Source of the DNA: Acaryochloris thomasi RCC1774
Lineage (GTDB): Bacteria; Cyanobacteriota; Cyanobacteriia; Thermosynechococcales; Thermosynechococcaceae
NCBI RefSeq assembly: GCF_003231495.1
Contig: NZ_PQWO01000002.1
Span: forward strand, 330,001 to 362,000
Length of the DNA: 32,000 bases
Reading direction: 5' to 3'
Under the pieces are notes generated by a model. It saw only the letters and a program-made list of their open reading frames with translations, was not told where the DNA came from and made no database searches. Of this stretch, positions 6,974 to 16,115 are shown one piece after another (within the stretch, counting starts at the first letter, position 1; every line of letters begins with the position of its first letter). The translations under genes were made by a program, and so were the position numbers.

Positions 6974-8281
6974 CTAAAAAATAAATTGGAGTGTGAGGGA
7001 CCAGTCTTTACCCTCGCGGATAATCTCAATCTGACGGATAAATTCTCGAAAGTAAAAGCGACGTTCAGATTCTGACAAATCAAGCCAGAACTGCTCAATC
7101 GAGACAGTTTTGGCGATCTCTTTAAGATTGACAGGGGGCAACTGGGCTAGACGCTCTGTGAGGGCCGATATTTCGGTTTTGACGGTATAGGCTCTCAACT
7201 CGGCTGTTGCTAGGTCTAATACCTCAGTGTCGATGAGTTCCTGTAGCTGTCCCAGTACTTCTTGCTTCGCTGAGATTTGGGCTTCAACGCTTTGTTTGAG
7301 CTGGTTCATGATCGGGATATCGACGCCTTCCACTGCTTTCGGCAAGTTTGTACAAATCTGGCGGATGGTTTGTTCAAGGACTGAGGGATATGCGATCGCA
7401 CCACACTTCTTCTTCAAAGGGCAGGCAATGGGCCGTAAATAAAGATATTCCTTCGTTTGCCGCCGAGCCGTCACCCGCGAAACCGTCATCGCCGACTTGC
7501 AATTAGCGCAGCTCACGATACCGGACAGCGATCTGGGTGCACTGGCGGAGCGAGGTGCTAGACGACGATTACGGCGCAGTAGCCGATCCACCTGTGCTGC
7601 TTCTTCTCGAGGTAGTAAGGCCGGATGAGCGTCAGGGATCGTATCTTGCCCCTGATAGAGCAAATCTCCACGATAGACCGGGCTGGTGAGCCAGCGTTGC
7701 CCAGTCGATACAGACACCTTTTTGCCGTGCCGTTTCGCAATGTGGCGTACCGCACCGCGCAGTGAACCATAGAGTAAAAAATGATTAAAGAAGTCTCGAA
7801 CCACGGGGGCCACGCTGCGATCAATCACGTAGCGCTCTTTGCCCCGACGGTAGCCATAGGGTGCTCGACCGGGCGGTGGCTTGCCCTTCAGTCGATTTTG
7901 GGCATGACCATGCCGAATTTTGCGACTACGCTGCTGCGTCTGGACGGCCTCTAACAAGGCGAATAGCTGCAGAGCATCAGGAAATTCAGGTCGCGCCCCT
8001 TCAATCGGAGACTGGTAGTTTTGCTCAATGGCGAGAACCTCAGTGCCACCTGCTTCTAGGGCCGTGAGCTGCTCCATGACTGTAGAGAGAGAATCACCTA
8101 GTTCTTCCAATCGTCGAAATAAAAGATAGTCAGGGGGTGGAGTTTGGGTTCTCAACTTCTGAAGTTGGGGGCGACTAGGATCAAAGTCTTGGTAGACCTG
8201 ATCGACTTCCCAGCCCCACACCTCGATACTAAGAGGGGCCTCCCAGGTGATGTCTTGGTAGAGGTAGGCAACGATCTGCAT
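6974..8281 (-). CDS. recombinase family protein (large serine recombinase architecture, catalytic motif degenerate)
   Basis: 435 aa. Has a resolvase-like N-terminal domain (DYLLFRRLEELGDSL, GTEVLAIEQ), an E-helix plus Recombinase domain (PYGYRRGKERYVID…), a zinc ribbon (CANCKS…ACPLKKKCG) and a long C-terminal coiled coil. Contains one HIP1 site (7392-7399). Confidence 0.85.
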   Translation of the reverse strand: MQIVAYLYQDITWEAPLSIEVWGWEVDQVYQDFDPSRPQLQKLRTQTPPPDYLLFRRLEELGDSLSTVMEQLTALEAGGTEVLAIEQNYQSPIEGARPEFPDALQLFALLEAVQTQQRSRKIRHGHAQNRLKGKPPPGRAPYGYRRGKERYVIDRSVAPVVRDFFNHFLLYGSLRGAVRHIAKRHGKKVSVSTGQRWLTSPVYRGDLLYQGQDTIPDAHPALLPREEAAQVDRLLRRNRRLAPRSASAPRSLSGIVSCANCKSAMTVSRVTARRQTKEYLYLRPIACPLKKKCGAIAYPSVLEQTIRQICTNLPKAVEGVDIPIMNQLKQSVEAQISAKQEVLGQLQELIDTEVLDLATAELRAYTVKTEISALTERLAQLPPVNLKEIAKTVSIEQFWLDLSESERRFYFREFIRQIEIIREGKDWSLTLQFIF

Positions 8282-8397
8282 AGAGAGGTGCGGGTTTCTC
8301 CTGAATATGCTTGCCTATTTTATGCAGTGCACTGCCATACCGCATAGGATGAGAATGTCTTCTCTCCATCTGTGGACATCTTAGAGACCTTAAGCTC

Positions 8398-8982
8398 ATG
8401 CAAATTCAAGCAGAACCACGGTCTTATACGCCTGAAGAATATCTAGAGCTAGAAGCCCAAGCAGACTATAAGAGCGAGTATCGAGATGGCAAGATTGTCC
8501 CGATGACCGGCGGCACGACTGATCATAACGAGATAACCCTAAATTTGGCGGCAGCTCTCAAGTTCGCATTACGAGGCAGAGCCTACAAAGTCTACATAGG
8601 TGATGTGAAACTATGGATTCCTCGATATCGCTTGTATGCATACCCTGATGTCATGGTGATCAAGGGCGACCCTATCTATGCTGAACCCGGCACCACTACC
8701 GTTATGAATCCAATGCTGATTGTGGAAGTGCTTTCTAAGTCCACGCGTAACTATGACCTAGGGGAAAAGTTTCAAGCCTATCGCTCTGTCCCAGATTTAC
8801 AGGAATACTGCGTAGTGGACCAAAGCCAATACTCTGCCATTCAGCACAGCAAAACGGACTCAGGACAGTGGCTGCTTACCGAATACGAAGCTCAAGCTTC
8901 TGTTTTGAAGTTCAGCTCAGTTGCCTTTCAGATTCCCTTCAACGATCTCTACGCTGGCGTCAGTTTTACAGAACAGCGCTAG
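8398..8982 (+). CDS. Uma2 family (DUF820) PD-(D/E)XK-like endonuclease
   Basis: 194 aa. The N-terminal YTPEEYLELE, YPDVMVI, IVEVLSKST and LQEYCVVD blocks are typical of the Uma2 family, which is abundant in cyanobacteria. Confidence 0.85.
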   Translation: MQIQAEPRSYTPEEYLELEAQADYKSEYRDGKIVPMTGGTTDHNEITLNLAAALKFALRGRAYKVYIGDVKLWIPRYRLYAYPDVMVIKGDPIYAEPGTTTVMNPMLIVEVLSKSTRNYDLGEKFQAYRSVPDLQEYCVVDQSQYSAIQHSKTDSGQWLLTEYEAQASVLKFSSVAFQIPFNDLYAGVSFTEQR

Positions 8983-11756
8983 CTTCCTTGATTGAGCTGC
9001 TGTAGTTGCTTTTCTAGATCTTGCTGGTGGCGACCATACTCTGCCCAGTTGCCGTTTTGGAGCGCACTCTTGGCTTTTCGGTAGGTCTCTAGGGCATTCT
9101 TCGCTAAGGATTTAGATGGAGCGCTCGGTTCCGCGGCTGGAGCCTGCTCTGGTGGGGGTTGTTTGGCTTGTTGTTGCGCGGCTGATTTCTGAGCCTGCCC
9201 TTTGCCAAACAAGGTTGCTAGTGCTTTATCCAGCGTATCCTCCATAACGATTGCATTATCGTAGGAGACGATCACCCGCTTCAGTTCCGGAAGCTGTCCC
9301 TGTTCAGCGCGCAAATAGATCGGCTCCACATAGAGCAGCGACTCCTCAATCGGAATCACTAATAGATCGCCGCGAATGACTTTAGACCCAGCTTGGCTCC
9401 AGAGGGTGAGCTGCTGAGAGATGGATGGGGTCTGATCAATCCGGGCTTCAATCTGACGGGGACCGTAGACGAGTTTTTGCTTGGGAAACTCGTACAGCAA
9501 TAGTTCTTCTATATCGTCTGAGCGAGCTGCCATCCAGGCGATCATGTTGTCTTTGTTGGTGGGGGTAAACGGCAGAATCAGCATGAATTCAGTTTTGCTC
9601 TGCCCCGGTAGCCGCATGGTGACGTAGTACGGTTCCATCGTCATCTGCTGCTCTGAGCCTTCAAAGGACTGCTTGGGAAACGCCCACAGATCTTCTCGGT
9701 TGTAGAAGACCTCGGGGGTTTCCATATGGTAGGCGCGATACATTTGGGCCTGAATCTTAAACAGATCGAGCGGATATCGAAAATGGTCTTGGACCTCTTT
9801 TGGAATCTCGGTCTTGAATAAGTTGGGGAATATTTTGCGATAGGTCTCGAGAACCGGATCTGCTTGATCTACTGCATAGAACTGCATGGTGCCGTCGTAA
9901 GCATCGATCTGTACTTTGACGGAGTTGCGAATGTAGTTGACTTCATCGCGGACCAGTTCGTAGTCGCTTTGGTTCCGAATCACGTCCCCGGCACCGGGAC
10001 TGAAAACAACCGGTTCTGCGTAGGGATAGCGGTTACTGGTGGTGTAGGCGTCCACGAGCCACTGAAGACGACCGTCGATGACCACTAGGTAAGGATCGTG
10101 ATCAAATCTCAAGAAGGGGGCGACCCGCTGGATGCGATCGCGAATCTGTCGATGATAGTGAATGCGCGATCCATCCTGAAAGTAGTTTGAAATCAAAAGC
10201 TGCAGGCTGCTGAACTTCAGGGAGTAGGCCGTCCGCTGCCAGACATTTGCCATTGGGACGCCGCCCTTGCCGCTGTAGTTTGTGGTGGCGTTTTCGTTAC
10301 CCACCGGGTAGTCGAATTCTTTGGTGGTTGTGCCTGTGAAAATATAGTTGTCCGTCGCTTCGCCATAGTAGATAGCAGGCTGCTTGATGGGTAGATCAAC
10401 TGCAGATTCGGGGGGGATATTTTTAACATAAAACTCGGGTAAGCCATCAGTCGTGGCCTGATTCACGGGACTCATTGCCAAGCCGTAGCCGTGGGTATAT
10501 TTAAGACGCTGGTTAACCCAGGTTTTCGCTTTAGCCGCCAGCTCATCAATATCTAGCTCTCGGGCGGAAAGCATTACCTGTTGGCTCTCGCCGTTGAGGG
10601 TGTAGCGATCAACATCCACATCTTTGAAAGAATAATACAGCCGAATTTCCTGGAGCTGCCGGTAGGTACTGAGGAGGGAATTTGCACCCCACAGGCGAAT
10701 ATTGCTGAGGGTGGGCTGATGCTGCTGTAGCGTTTGGGGGCTGAGTTCGGCTTTGGCGGCGTAGTTCTGTCGCTGCACGTCACTGAGCTGATAGGCTGCC
10801 TGCGTTAATTTAATACTGTTGGCGATGTAGGGCGTTTCTTTTTCCAGTTCGTTCGGTTCGACCACCAAGGTTTGCTGTGCCCAGGGGTAGATGCCGTTGA
10901 AGATGATTAATGCGGCAATGAAGACGCCAATTCCAATTGCAGGCAGAACCACTTGGTTTTTGCGGATAGAAATTAAGACGAGAATCGCCAGCACAAGAGA
11001 AATGCCAGTCAAAATGCTGTAGGCCTGCAGTCGAGCATGGACATCGGTATAGCCAGCCCCGAATACGACGCCTGTGGGCGAATACATGAGCTGGTAGCGC
11101 TCTAGCCAGAAGCCGAGGGCTGTGAAAAGTGCGATCGCAACCACCAATAAACTCACGTGCCGTTTCGGCGCACCGATCAGAGCACGACGCCACCCTGAAT
11201 CAAGACTGATCGAACCTTTAAGCGTATAGACAAACAGAGCTACAACTAGACTCCAGATCAGCAGCAGCATCACCCAGGCCCGCAGCGTTTCGTAAAGGGG
11301 CAAGCTAAACAAATAAAACCCGATGTCGTGGCTAAAGATCGGATCTTGAATCCCAAATGAACTGCGATTTAAAAACTTGAGGATCTTTTCCCATTCAGTC
11401 ACGCTAGCGACTGCCGCGCCCCAGGCAATGACGCCAATCAATCCTATTGCCAAACACCGCGTAATCAGATTGGTGTATCCAGAGTATTGCGTGTTGTCGA
11501 GATAGTGGAACGCCCGGTCGCGGCTCCCTCGCATGGCCACCCAATAGTTGCCCCACATAAACAGCGCGTACAGTGCAAAGGTCACCACACCCATCAGAAC
11601 CTGCCAGCTCAGTCGAGTCCAAAAGACATCGGCATAGCCCACCGCCTCGTACCACCAAGATTCAGTCAGCATCCCCACCAGCAAACGGATACAGGGAATG
11701 CTCACAATCAAAACGATGAGCAAAATCAGATAAACACGGACGCGCCGGTTATTCAT
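8979..11756 (-). CDS. UPF0182 family large membrane protein
   Basis: 925 aa. The N-terminal ~290 aa hold multiple TM helices, followed by a large soluble region, a Q/A/P-rich low-complexity stretch and a terminal helix (ALQNGNWAEYGRHQQDLEKQL). Size and layout match UPF0182. Confidence 0.8.
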   Translation of the reverse strand: MNNRRVRVYLILLIVLIVSIPCIRLLVGMLTESWWYEAVGYADVFWTRLSWQVLMGVVTFALYALFMWGNYWVAMRGSRDRAFHYLDNTQYSGYTNLITRCLAIGLIGVIAWGAAVASVTEWEKILKFLNRSSFGIQDPIFSHDIGFYLFSLPLYETLRAWVMLLLIWSLVVALFVYTLKGSISLDSGWRRALIGAPKRHVSLLVVAIALFTALGFWLERYQLMYSPTGVVFGAGYTDVHARLQAYSILTGISLVLAILVLISIRKNQVVLPAIGIGVFIAALIIFNGIYPWAQQTLVVEPNELEKETPYIANSIKLTQAAYQLSDVQRQNYAAKAELSPQTLQQHQPTLSNIRLWGANSLLSTYRQLQEIRLYYSFKDVDVDRYTLNGESQQVMLSARELDIDELAAKAKTWVNQRLKYTHGYGLAMSPVNQATTDGLPEFYVKNIPPESAVDLPIKQPAIYYGEATDNYIFTGTTTKEFDYPVGNENATTNYSGKGGVPMANVWQRTAYSLKFSSLQLLISNYFQDGSRIHYHRQIRDRIQRVAPFLRFDHDPYLVVIDGRLQWLVDAYTTSNRYPYAEPVVFSPGAGDVIRNQSDYELVRDEVNYIRNSVKVQIDAYDGTMQFYAVDQADPVLETYRKIFPNLFKTEIPKEVQDHFRYPLDLFKIQAQMYRAYHMETPEVFYNREDLWAFPKQSFEGSEQQMTMEPYYVTMRLPGQSKTEFMLILPFTPTNKDNMIAWMAARSDDIEELLLYEFPKQKLVYGPRQIEARIDQTPSISQQLTLWSQAGSKVIRGDLLVIPIEESLLYVEPIYLRAEQGQLPELKRVIVSYDNAIVMEDTLDKALATLFGKGQAQKSAAQQQAKQPPPEQAPAAEPSAPSKSLAKNALETYRKAKSALQNGNWAEYGRHQQDLEKQLQQLNQGS

Positions 11757-11852
11757 GCGTTAGCCAACCTTAACAGTGCGGAGATCGTCGCTTTGCTGTC
11801 ATTCTCCCAGAGGATGCCGACTTCGCGTGATGGACGTGGAGGTGAACAGACT

Positions 11853-13940
11853 CTAGGCCGCGACCTTAATCGGAGCAACATTAGCATTGGAAATTGCAAA
11901 ATTTTCTTCCCAGCCCTTACGATTAGATAGACCAAAATAACCCGGGTCATTAATGGCTAAGCCCACCAAGTTCAGATGAGCAGGTGTCAGAAGCTGCAGC
12001 GTATCTTGAACGGAGAAACGGGTGCTTTTCCCTGGGCGAACAACCAGCAGTACATTGTCAACCACCATAGATATCAAGGTTGCTGTACTCCCTGACTGGA
12101 CAGGAGGCGTATCGAGAATCACGAAATCATAGCGCTGAGAGTCCATAATCCTTTCGACTTCTGCCTCAAATTCAGATCGACCTGAAAATTCAAGGTGCCC
12201 TACCTGCATCCCCTCTGGCTTAGTTTCATCGATCTGACATCTTGAAGAACCCCGACGCTGAACTGAATGACTGAATCTGGACTCCAGCGGTGGGGGGGGC
12301 GTCTCTGATTCTACGCTTGCCGAAGTATCTATATGCACAACCAGTACCTTAAGACCTAAAGCCTCTAATGCCTTTGCTAAATGGAGGGCAATGGTTGTTT
12401 TGCCTTCTCCTGAGATGGCGCTGGTGACCATGAGGCAACGGTTAGGAATTTCTTGAATGAGAAGACCATAGGCCATTTTCAAAAAAGCAGCTTCCCCGCC
12501 ACTGAGAGGTAGCAGTGTCTCGGCGGCGCTGCTGGACTGCTGAAGTTTGGGAATTCGCGTTGCCACTGGGAAAGAGGTCTCTGCTAAATCTTGGGGCCTT
12601 AGAAGAGGATTACGTCGCTCTAATATCAACAAAAGAATGAGACTGCCAAAACCTGCTGCGAAAAGCGAATGAACAGCAATCCAGAATCGGTTAGAGGTGG
12701 GAATTGGGTTGAGCGTTGGGGTGTTTAAGAGTTGAACATTGGGATAGCTTTGCAGTGCATCGGCTCGGCTTCTTTCTACCTGAGAAATTAATTCGTTGAA
12801 GGTTCTTTTACTCACGTTTAACCTGCGCTTTAAAGTATCTAAACGTGACTGCTGGCGAGGGAGAGACCTCAGATTAGCTTCGAGCAAGCTAATGCGTAAT
12901 TCAATGTTTTGAGCCTGTTTTCGTTTGCTGCTGGCGCTGTTTTCTAAAAGCGTAATTTGCTCGGTAATTTCTTTTTGTCCCTCTACTCCTATACCTGTTA
13001 GAGGCGCGGCTGTATTCTGAGCAAAAGCCTGAACTTTATACTGCTCTAGCTGTTGTCTTAAGTTGTCGCGCTTAGACCGCAAAGCTTTGATATAGGGATG
13101 GCTTTCTGTTAACTCGGTCCGCTTTTCTCTGAGCTCGGTGGTGACGACTGTCAACTCCTGAAGAACCAGTTGATATTCGGTATCTTCTGCTGAATCTGAC
13201 TCTGAAACTGGAATGGTTGCTTGAGTCAAGAGGTTTAGGCGGCTTGACAATACCTGGCTCTGGCTCGCATCTCTGTTGGCCTCAAGTAGTGCCAGTTCTT
13301 GAATTTTTTTGAGATCAGAAATGAGGGAAATAATGGCTTCTGCTTGCCTTTGAGTGTCCACTAAGCCCGCAGCTTTGCGATAGCGTGCTAGCTCATGTTC
13401 TGCATCCGACAGATCTCGACTGGCCTGTTTAAGATCGGCTTGATAAAAGGCTTGTCTGCTCGCAACATCTGCGCTGCGAAGATCGCTCAGATGCTCTTGA
13501 TAGGTTTGTGTGACAATCTGGGCTCTTTGCAAGACAACCTCTGGCGTCAATCCTTTCGCGCTGATTGAAAATACATTTGAATTCTCAATTAAATCAACAT
13601 CAAAAAAATTTCTGTATTTGTGTACATCAGAGATTTTCTCAAGCTCAGGATCTCGCTCTAATACTTTCTGAAGTAGGTTGTCGCTAGATAGTATTTCAAC
13701 TTGAGCATTGAGAGGGTTAACGACGAGTAATGAAGAGATAGGGCGATCCCCTTGAGAATCAGCATCAAAAAGCTCTTCGTTCGTCTTTGCTGCCGTCTCC
13801 ATCTGGGGAACAGACAGTTTAGATGTTGCTGTCCAGAATTGAGTGTCTCGTTGCCAGGCAACACAAAAACATGAAAATACTAGAAAATTCCAGAGTGCTA
13901 TAGACTTCCCGTGCCTAAAAATCGTAATTAGTATAGTCAT
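11853..13940 (-). CDS. Wzz/GumC-type chain-length determinant fused to a BY-kinase-like P-loop domain (atypical)
   Basis: 695 aa: N-terminal TM, long coiled-coil periplasmic region, second TM (FWIAVHSLFAAGFGSLILLLIL), then Walker A SGEGKTT and Walker B FVILDTPP. Walker A' is degenerate and there is no C-terminal Tyr cluster. Confidence 0.8.
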   Translation of the reverse strand: MTILITIFRHGKSIALWNFLVFSCFCVAWQRDTQFWTATSKLSVPQMETAAKTNEELFDADSQGDRPISSLLVVNPLNAQVEILSSDNLLQKVLERDPELEKISDVHKYRNFFDVDLIENSNVFSISAKGLTPEVVLQRAQIVTQTYQEHLSDLRSADVASRQAFYQADLKQASRDLSDAEHELARYRKAAGLVDTQRQAEAIISLISDLKKIQELALLEANRDASQSQVLSSRLNLLTQATIPVSESDSAEDTEYQLVLQELTVVTTELREKRTELTESHPYIKALRSKRDNLRQQLEQYKVQAFAQNTAAPLTGIGVEGQKEITEQITLLENSASSKRKQAQNIELRISLLEANLRSLPRQQSRLDTLKRRLNVSKRTFNELISQVERSRADALQSYPNVQLLNTPTLNPIPTSNRFWIAVHSLFAAGFGSLILLLILERRNPLLRPQDLAETSFPVATRIPKLQQSSSAAETLLPLSGGEAAFLKMAYGLLIQEIPNRCLMVTSAISGEGKTTIALHLAKALEALGLKVLVVHIDTSASVESETPPPPLESRFSHSVQRRGSSRCQIDETKPEGMQVGHLEFSGRSEFEAEVERIMDSQRYDFVILDTPPVQSGSTATLISMVVDNVLLVVRPGKSTRFSVQDTLQLLTPAHLNLVGLAINDPGYFGLSNRKGWEENFAISNANVAPIKVAA

Positions 13941-14229
13941 CTTTTTAGATTTGAGCCGCTGAACTTGAGTCGGTAACAGCGATATAGCTAAACGGTCTAA
14001 GATGACTAATTTTAGCTTACTCTAGCTCCTTCACAGATGCTGTTACTGCTGTCAACTGTCAAAAGCAGAGCAGAACTCTGGTGTGCGCGAGCAGAATAGA
14101 GCTCTGCTCTGGGAGAGCGATTCGCGTGCAGCATGAGTTTGGAACCCTCGAATTTCAGCACCCAAAAGGCAAGCCTTAGGTTCAGGAAGACGTAAGATAT
14201 GAAGGTGAATTGCGTGCAGACAGGTAACG

Positions 14230-15060
14230 ATGACGGTAAATAAATTGCCAATCCCAGTAGTTGTGAATGGGGCTGCAGGCAAGATGGGACGTGAGGTTAT
14301 CGAAGCTGTGGCGGCGGCGGATGATATGACGCTATATGGTGCGATTGACCGCAATCCTGAAGTTTTTGGTTTGGATGCAGGGGAGCTAATCGGCGGCGAA
14401 GCGCTACAGGTTACGATCACCAACGAAATGGAGCCTTTGCTAGCGGCAGCTTCCCAGGAAAAAGAGCCGGGGGTGATGGTGGATTTTACCCATCCGAGTT
14501 CGGTGTATACAAATGTAAGAGCTGCGATCGCATACGGCATCCGTCCCGTCGTCGGTACCACTGGGCTCAGCCCCAAGCAGCTTCAAGACCTTGCTGAATT
14601 TGCAGACAAAGCCAGCACTGGATGCTTAGTAATTCCTAACTTTTCCATTGGAATGGTGCTGCTTCAGCAGGCGGCAGTGCAGGCCTCTCAGTACTTTGAG
14701 CATGTAGAGATTATTGAGCTGCACCATAATCAAAAGGCCGATGCCCCCAGCGGTACGGCGCTCAAAACGGCTGAACTGTTGGCGGAAATGGGTAAGACGT
14801 ATAATCCGCCTTCTGTCGAAGAAAAGGAGCATCTCCAGGGCGCTAGAGGCAGTCTCGCGGAGGAGAATATTCGTATACATAGTATACGGCTGCCAGGGCT
14901 GATCGCCCATCAAGAGGTGATTTTCGGGGCCGAAGGGCAAGTTTATACGTTGAGGCACGATACGAGCGATCGCAAGTGCTACATGCCCGGTGTTTTGCTC
15001 TCAATCCGAAAAGTTCTTCAGCTTCAGACCCTCATCTACGGCCTAGAAAAAATCCTCTAG
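14230..15060 (+). CDS. dapB: 4-hydroxy-tetrahydrodipicolinate reductase
   Basis: 276 aa with N-terminal NAD(P) fold [14 protein letters not shown], then [16 protein letters not shown] and the [17 protein letters not shown] blocks characteristic of DapB. Confidence 0.92.
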   Translation: MTVNKLPIPVVVNGAAGKMGREVIEAVAAADDMTLYGAIDRNPEVFGLDAGELIGGEALQVTITNEMEPLLAAASQEKEPGVMVDFTHPSSVYTNVRAAIAYGIRPVVGTTGLSPKQLQDLAEFADKASTGCLVIPNFSIGMVLLQQAAVQASQYFEHVEIIELHHNQKADAPSGTALKTAELLAEMGKTYNPPSVEEKEHLQGARGSLAEENIRIHSIRLPGLIAHQEVIFGAEGQVYTLRHDTSDRKCYMPGVLLSIRKVLQLQTLIYGLEKIL

Positions 15061-15131
15061 TGAAAGCCACTCATCTGTCCGTAAGACACCCCGTACTAAC
15101 TGCGAACTTCTAATTCTGAACTCTCTTCACC

Positions 15132-15683
15132 GTGACCTCAACCTCCCTTAACCTTAAAAACGTCAACGTTTACCTCATCGGCATGATGGGGGCAGGGAAA
15201 TCGACTACCGGTCAGCTTTTGGCGCAGAAATTAGGCTATCAGCTCTTCGATTCTGATACCTTAATTACCCAGCTTGCAGACACCTCTATCAATCAGATTT
15301 TTGCCGAGCAAGGAGAGGATGCATTCCGTAAGCTAGAGACGCAGGTCTTGAGTGAGCTATCAGCCTATACCCGCCTAGTCGTTGCCACCGGAGGCGGCAT
15401 CGTCACACAGCCGAGCAACTGGAGCCATCTACAGCAGGGACTCGTGGTGTGGCTTGATGTCCCTTTAGAGCACCTATGGAAGCGGATTCAAGTGGATGCC
15501 TCTCGTCCCCTGTTGCAAACAGAACGGCCCTACGAGACCCTCGAACAGCTTATGCAGCAGCGCCGCCATCTCTACGCCCAAGCCGATGTTCACACCGTGA
15601 TCAAGCCAGACTGGAGCACGGAACAAGTCGCTGACCAAATTATTGAAGGCATTTCAAAGGTCATCAAGGTGGAAGACACCTAG
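15132..15683 (+). CDS. aroK: shikimate kinase
   Basis: 183 aa with a GTG start. Has P-loop GMMGAGKST, FDSD, the FRKLE lid region and TGGG. Confidence 0.9.
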   Translation: MTSTSLNLKNVNVYLIGMMGAGKSTTGQLLAQKLGYQLFDSDTLITQLADTSINQIFAEQGEDAFRKLETQVLSELSAYTRLVVATGGGIVTQPSNWSHLQQGLVVWLDVPLEHLWKRIQVDASRPLLQTERPYETLEQLMQQRRHLYAQADVHTVIKPDWSTEQVADQIIEGISKVIKVEDT

Positions 15684-15739
15684 AAGTCTGCTATACAATA
15701 GTGACTGAAGCCGCGTATCCCATCAGGAGTCCGACAATC

Positions 15740-16105
15740 ATGACGCAAGCGACAGCTACACAGACTCAGGAAAAAGGCATTTTGATGACTGATACTGCGC
15801 TCAAGCACGTGCTAGAACTGCGCGAGAAGCAGGGTAAAGATCTGTGCCTACGAGTGGGTGTTAGAGGCGGCGGCTGCTCTGGAATGTCCTACACCATGGA
15901 CTTTGAAGACCCCAACAATATTCAAGAGTCTGATCAGGTGTTTGACTACGACGAAGGTTTCAAGGTCGTATCTGACCCTAAAAGCATGCTCTATATCTAC
16001 GGTCTTGTGCTTGACTATAGTGAAGACCTAATTGGCGGTGGCTTTCAGTTCACCAACCCCAATGCCACCCAAACCTGTGGGTGTGGGACATCGTTCTCTG
16101 CTTAA
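15740..16105 (+). CDS. iron-sulfur cluster assembly/insertion protein (HesB/IscA/ErpA family)
   Basis: Has GGGCSG and the C-terminal CGCGTSF cysteine ligands. The ATG at 15740 is preceded by AGGAG at 15725-15729; the ORF-track start at 15701 is probably too long. Confidence 0.85.
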   Translation: MTQATATQTQEKGILMTDTALKHVLELREKQGKDLCLRVGVRGGGCSGMSYTMDFEDPNNIQESDQVFDYDEGFKVVSDPKSMLYIYGLVLDYSEDLIGGGFQFTNPNATQTCGCGTSFSA

Positions 16106-16115
16106 TTAATTGACT

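Noticed and set aside
6974-8982. Recombinase plus Uma2 nuclease as an integrated mobile element or prophage boundary
   Set aside because: There are no phage, IS or cargo genes, no flanking direct or inverted repeats that I could find, and no adjacent tRNA. The recombinase lacks its catalytic residues. Uma2 genes are ubiquitous multi-copy chromosomal genes in cyanobacteria.
13941-14229. Possible riboswitch or structured leader upstream of dapB (inverted repeat AGCAGAGC…GCTCTGCT around 14062-14115)
   Set aside because: It is only an 8-bp stem with a loop of about 30 nt. It shows no resemblance to the lysine riboswitch core that I can recognise. The interval is also a divergent promoter region, so it is not supportable without a covariance-model scan.
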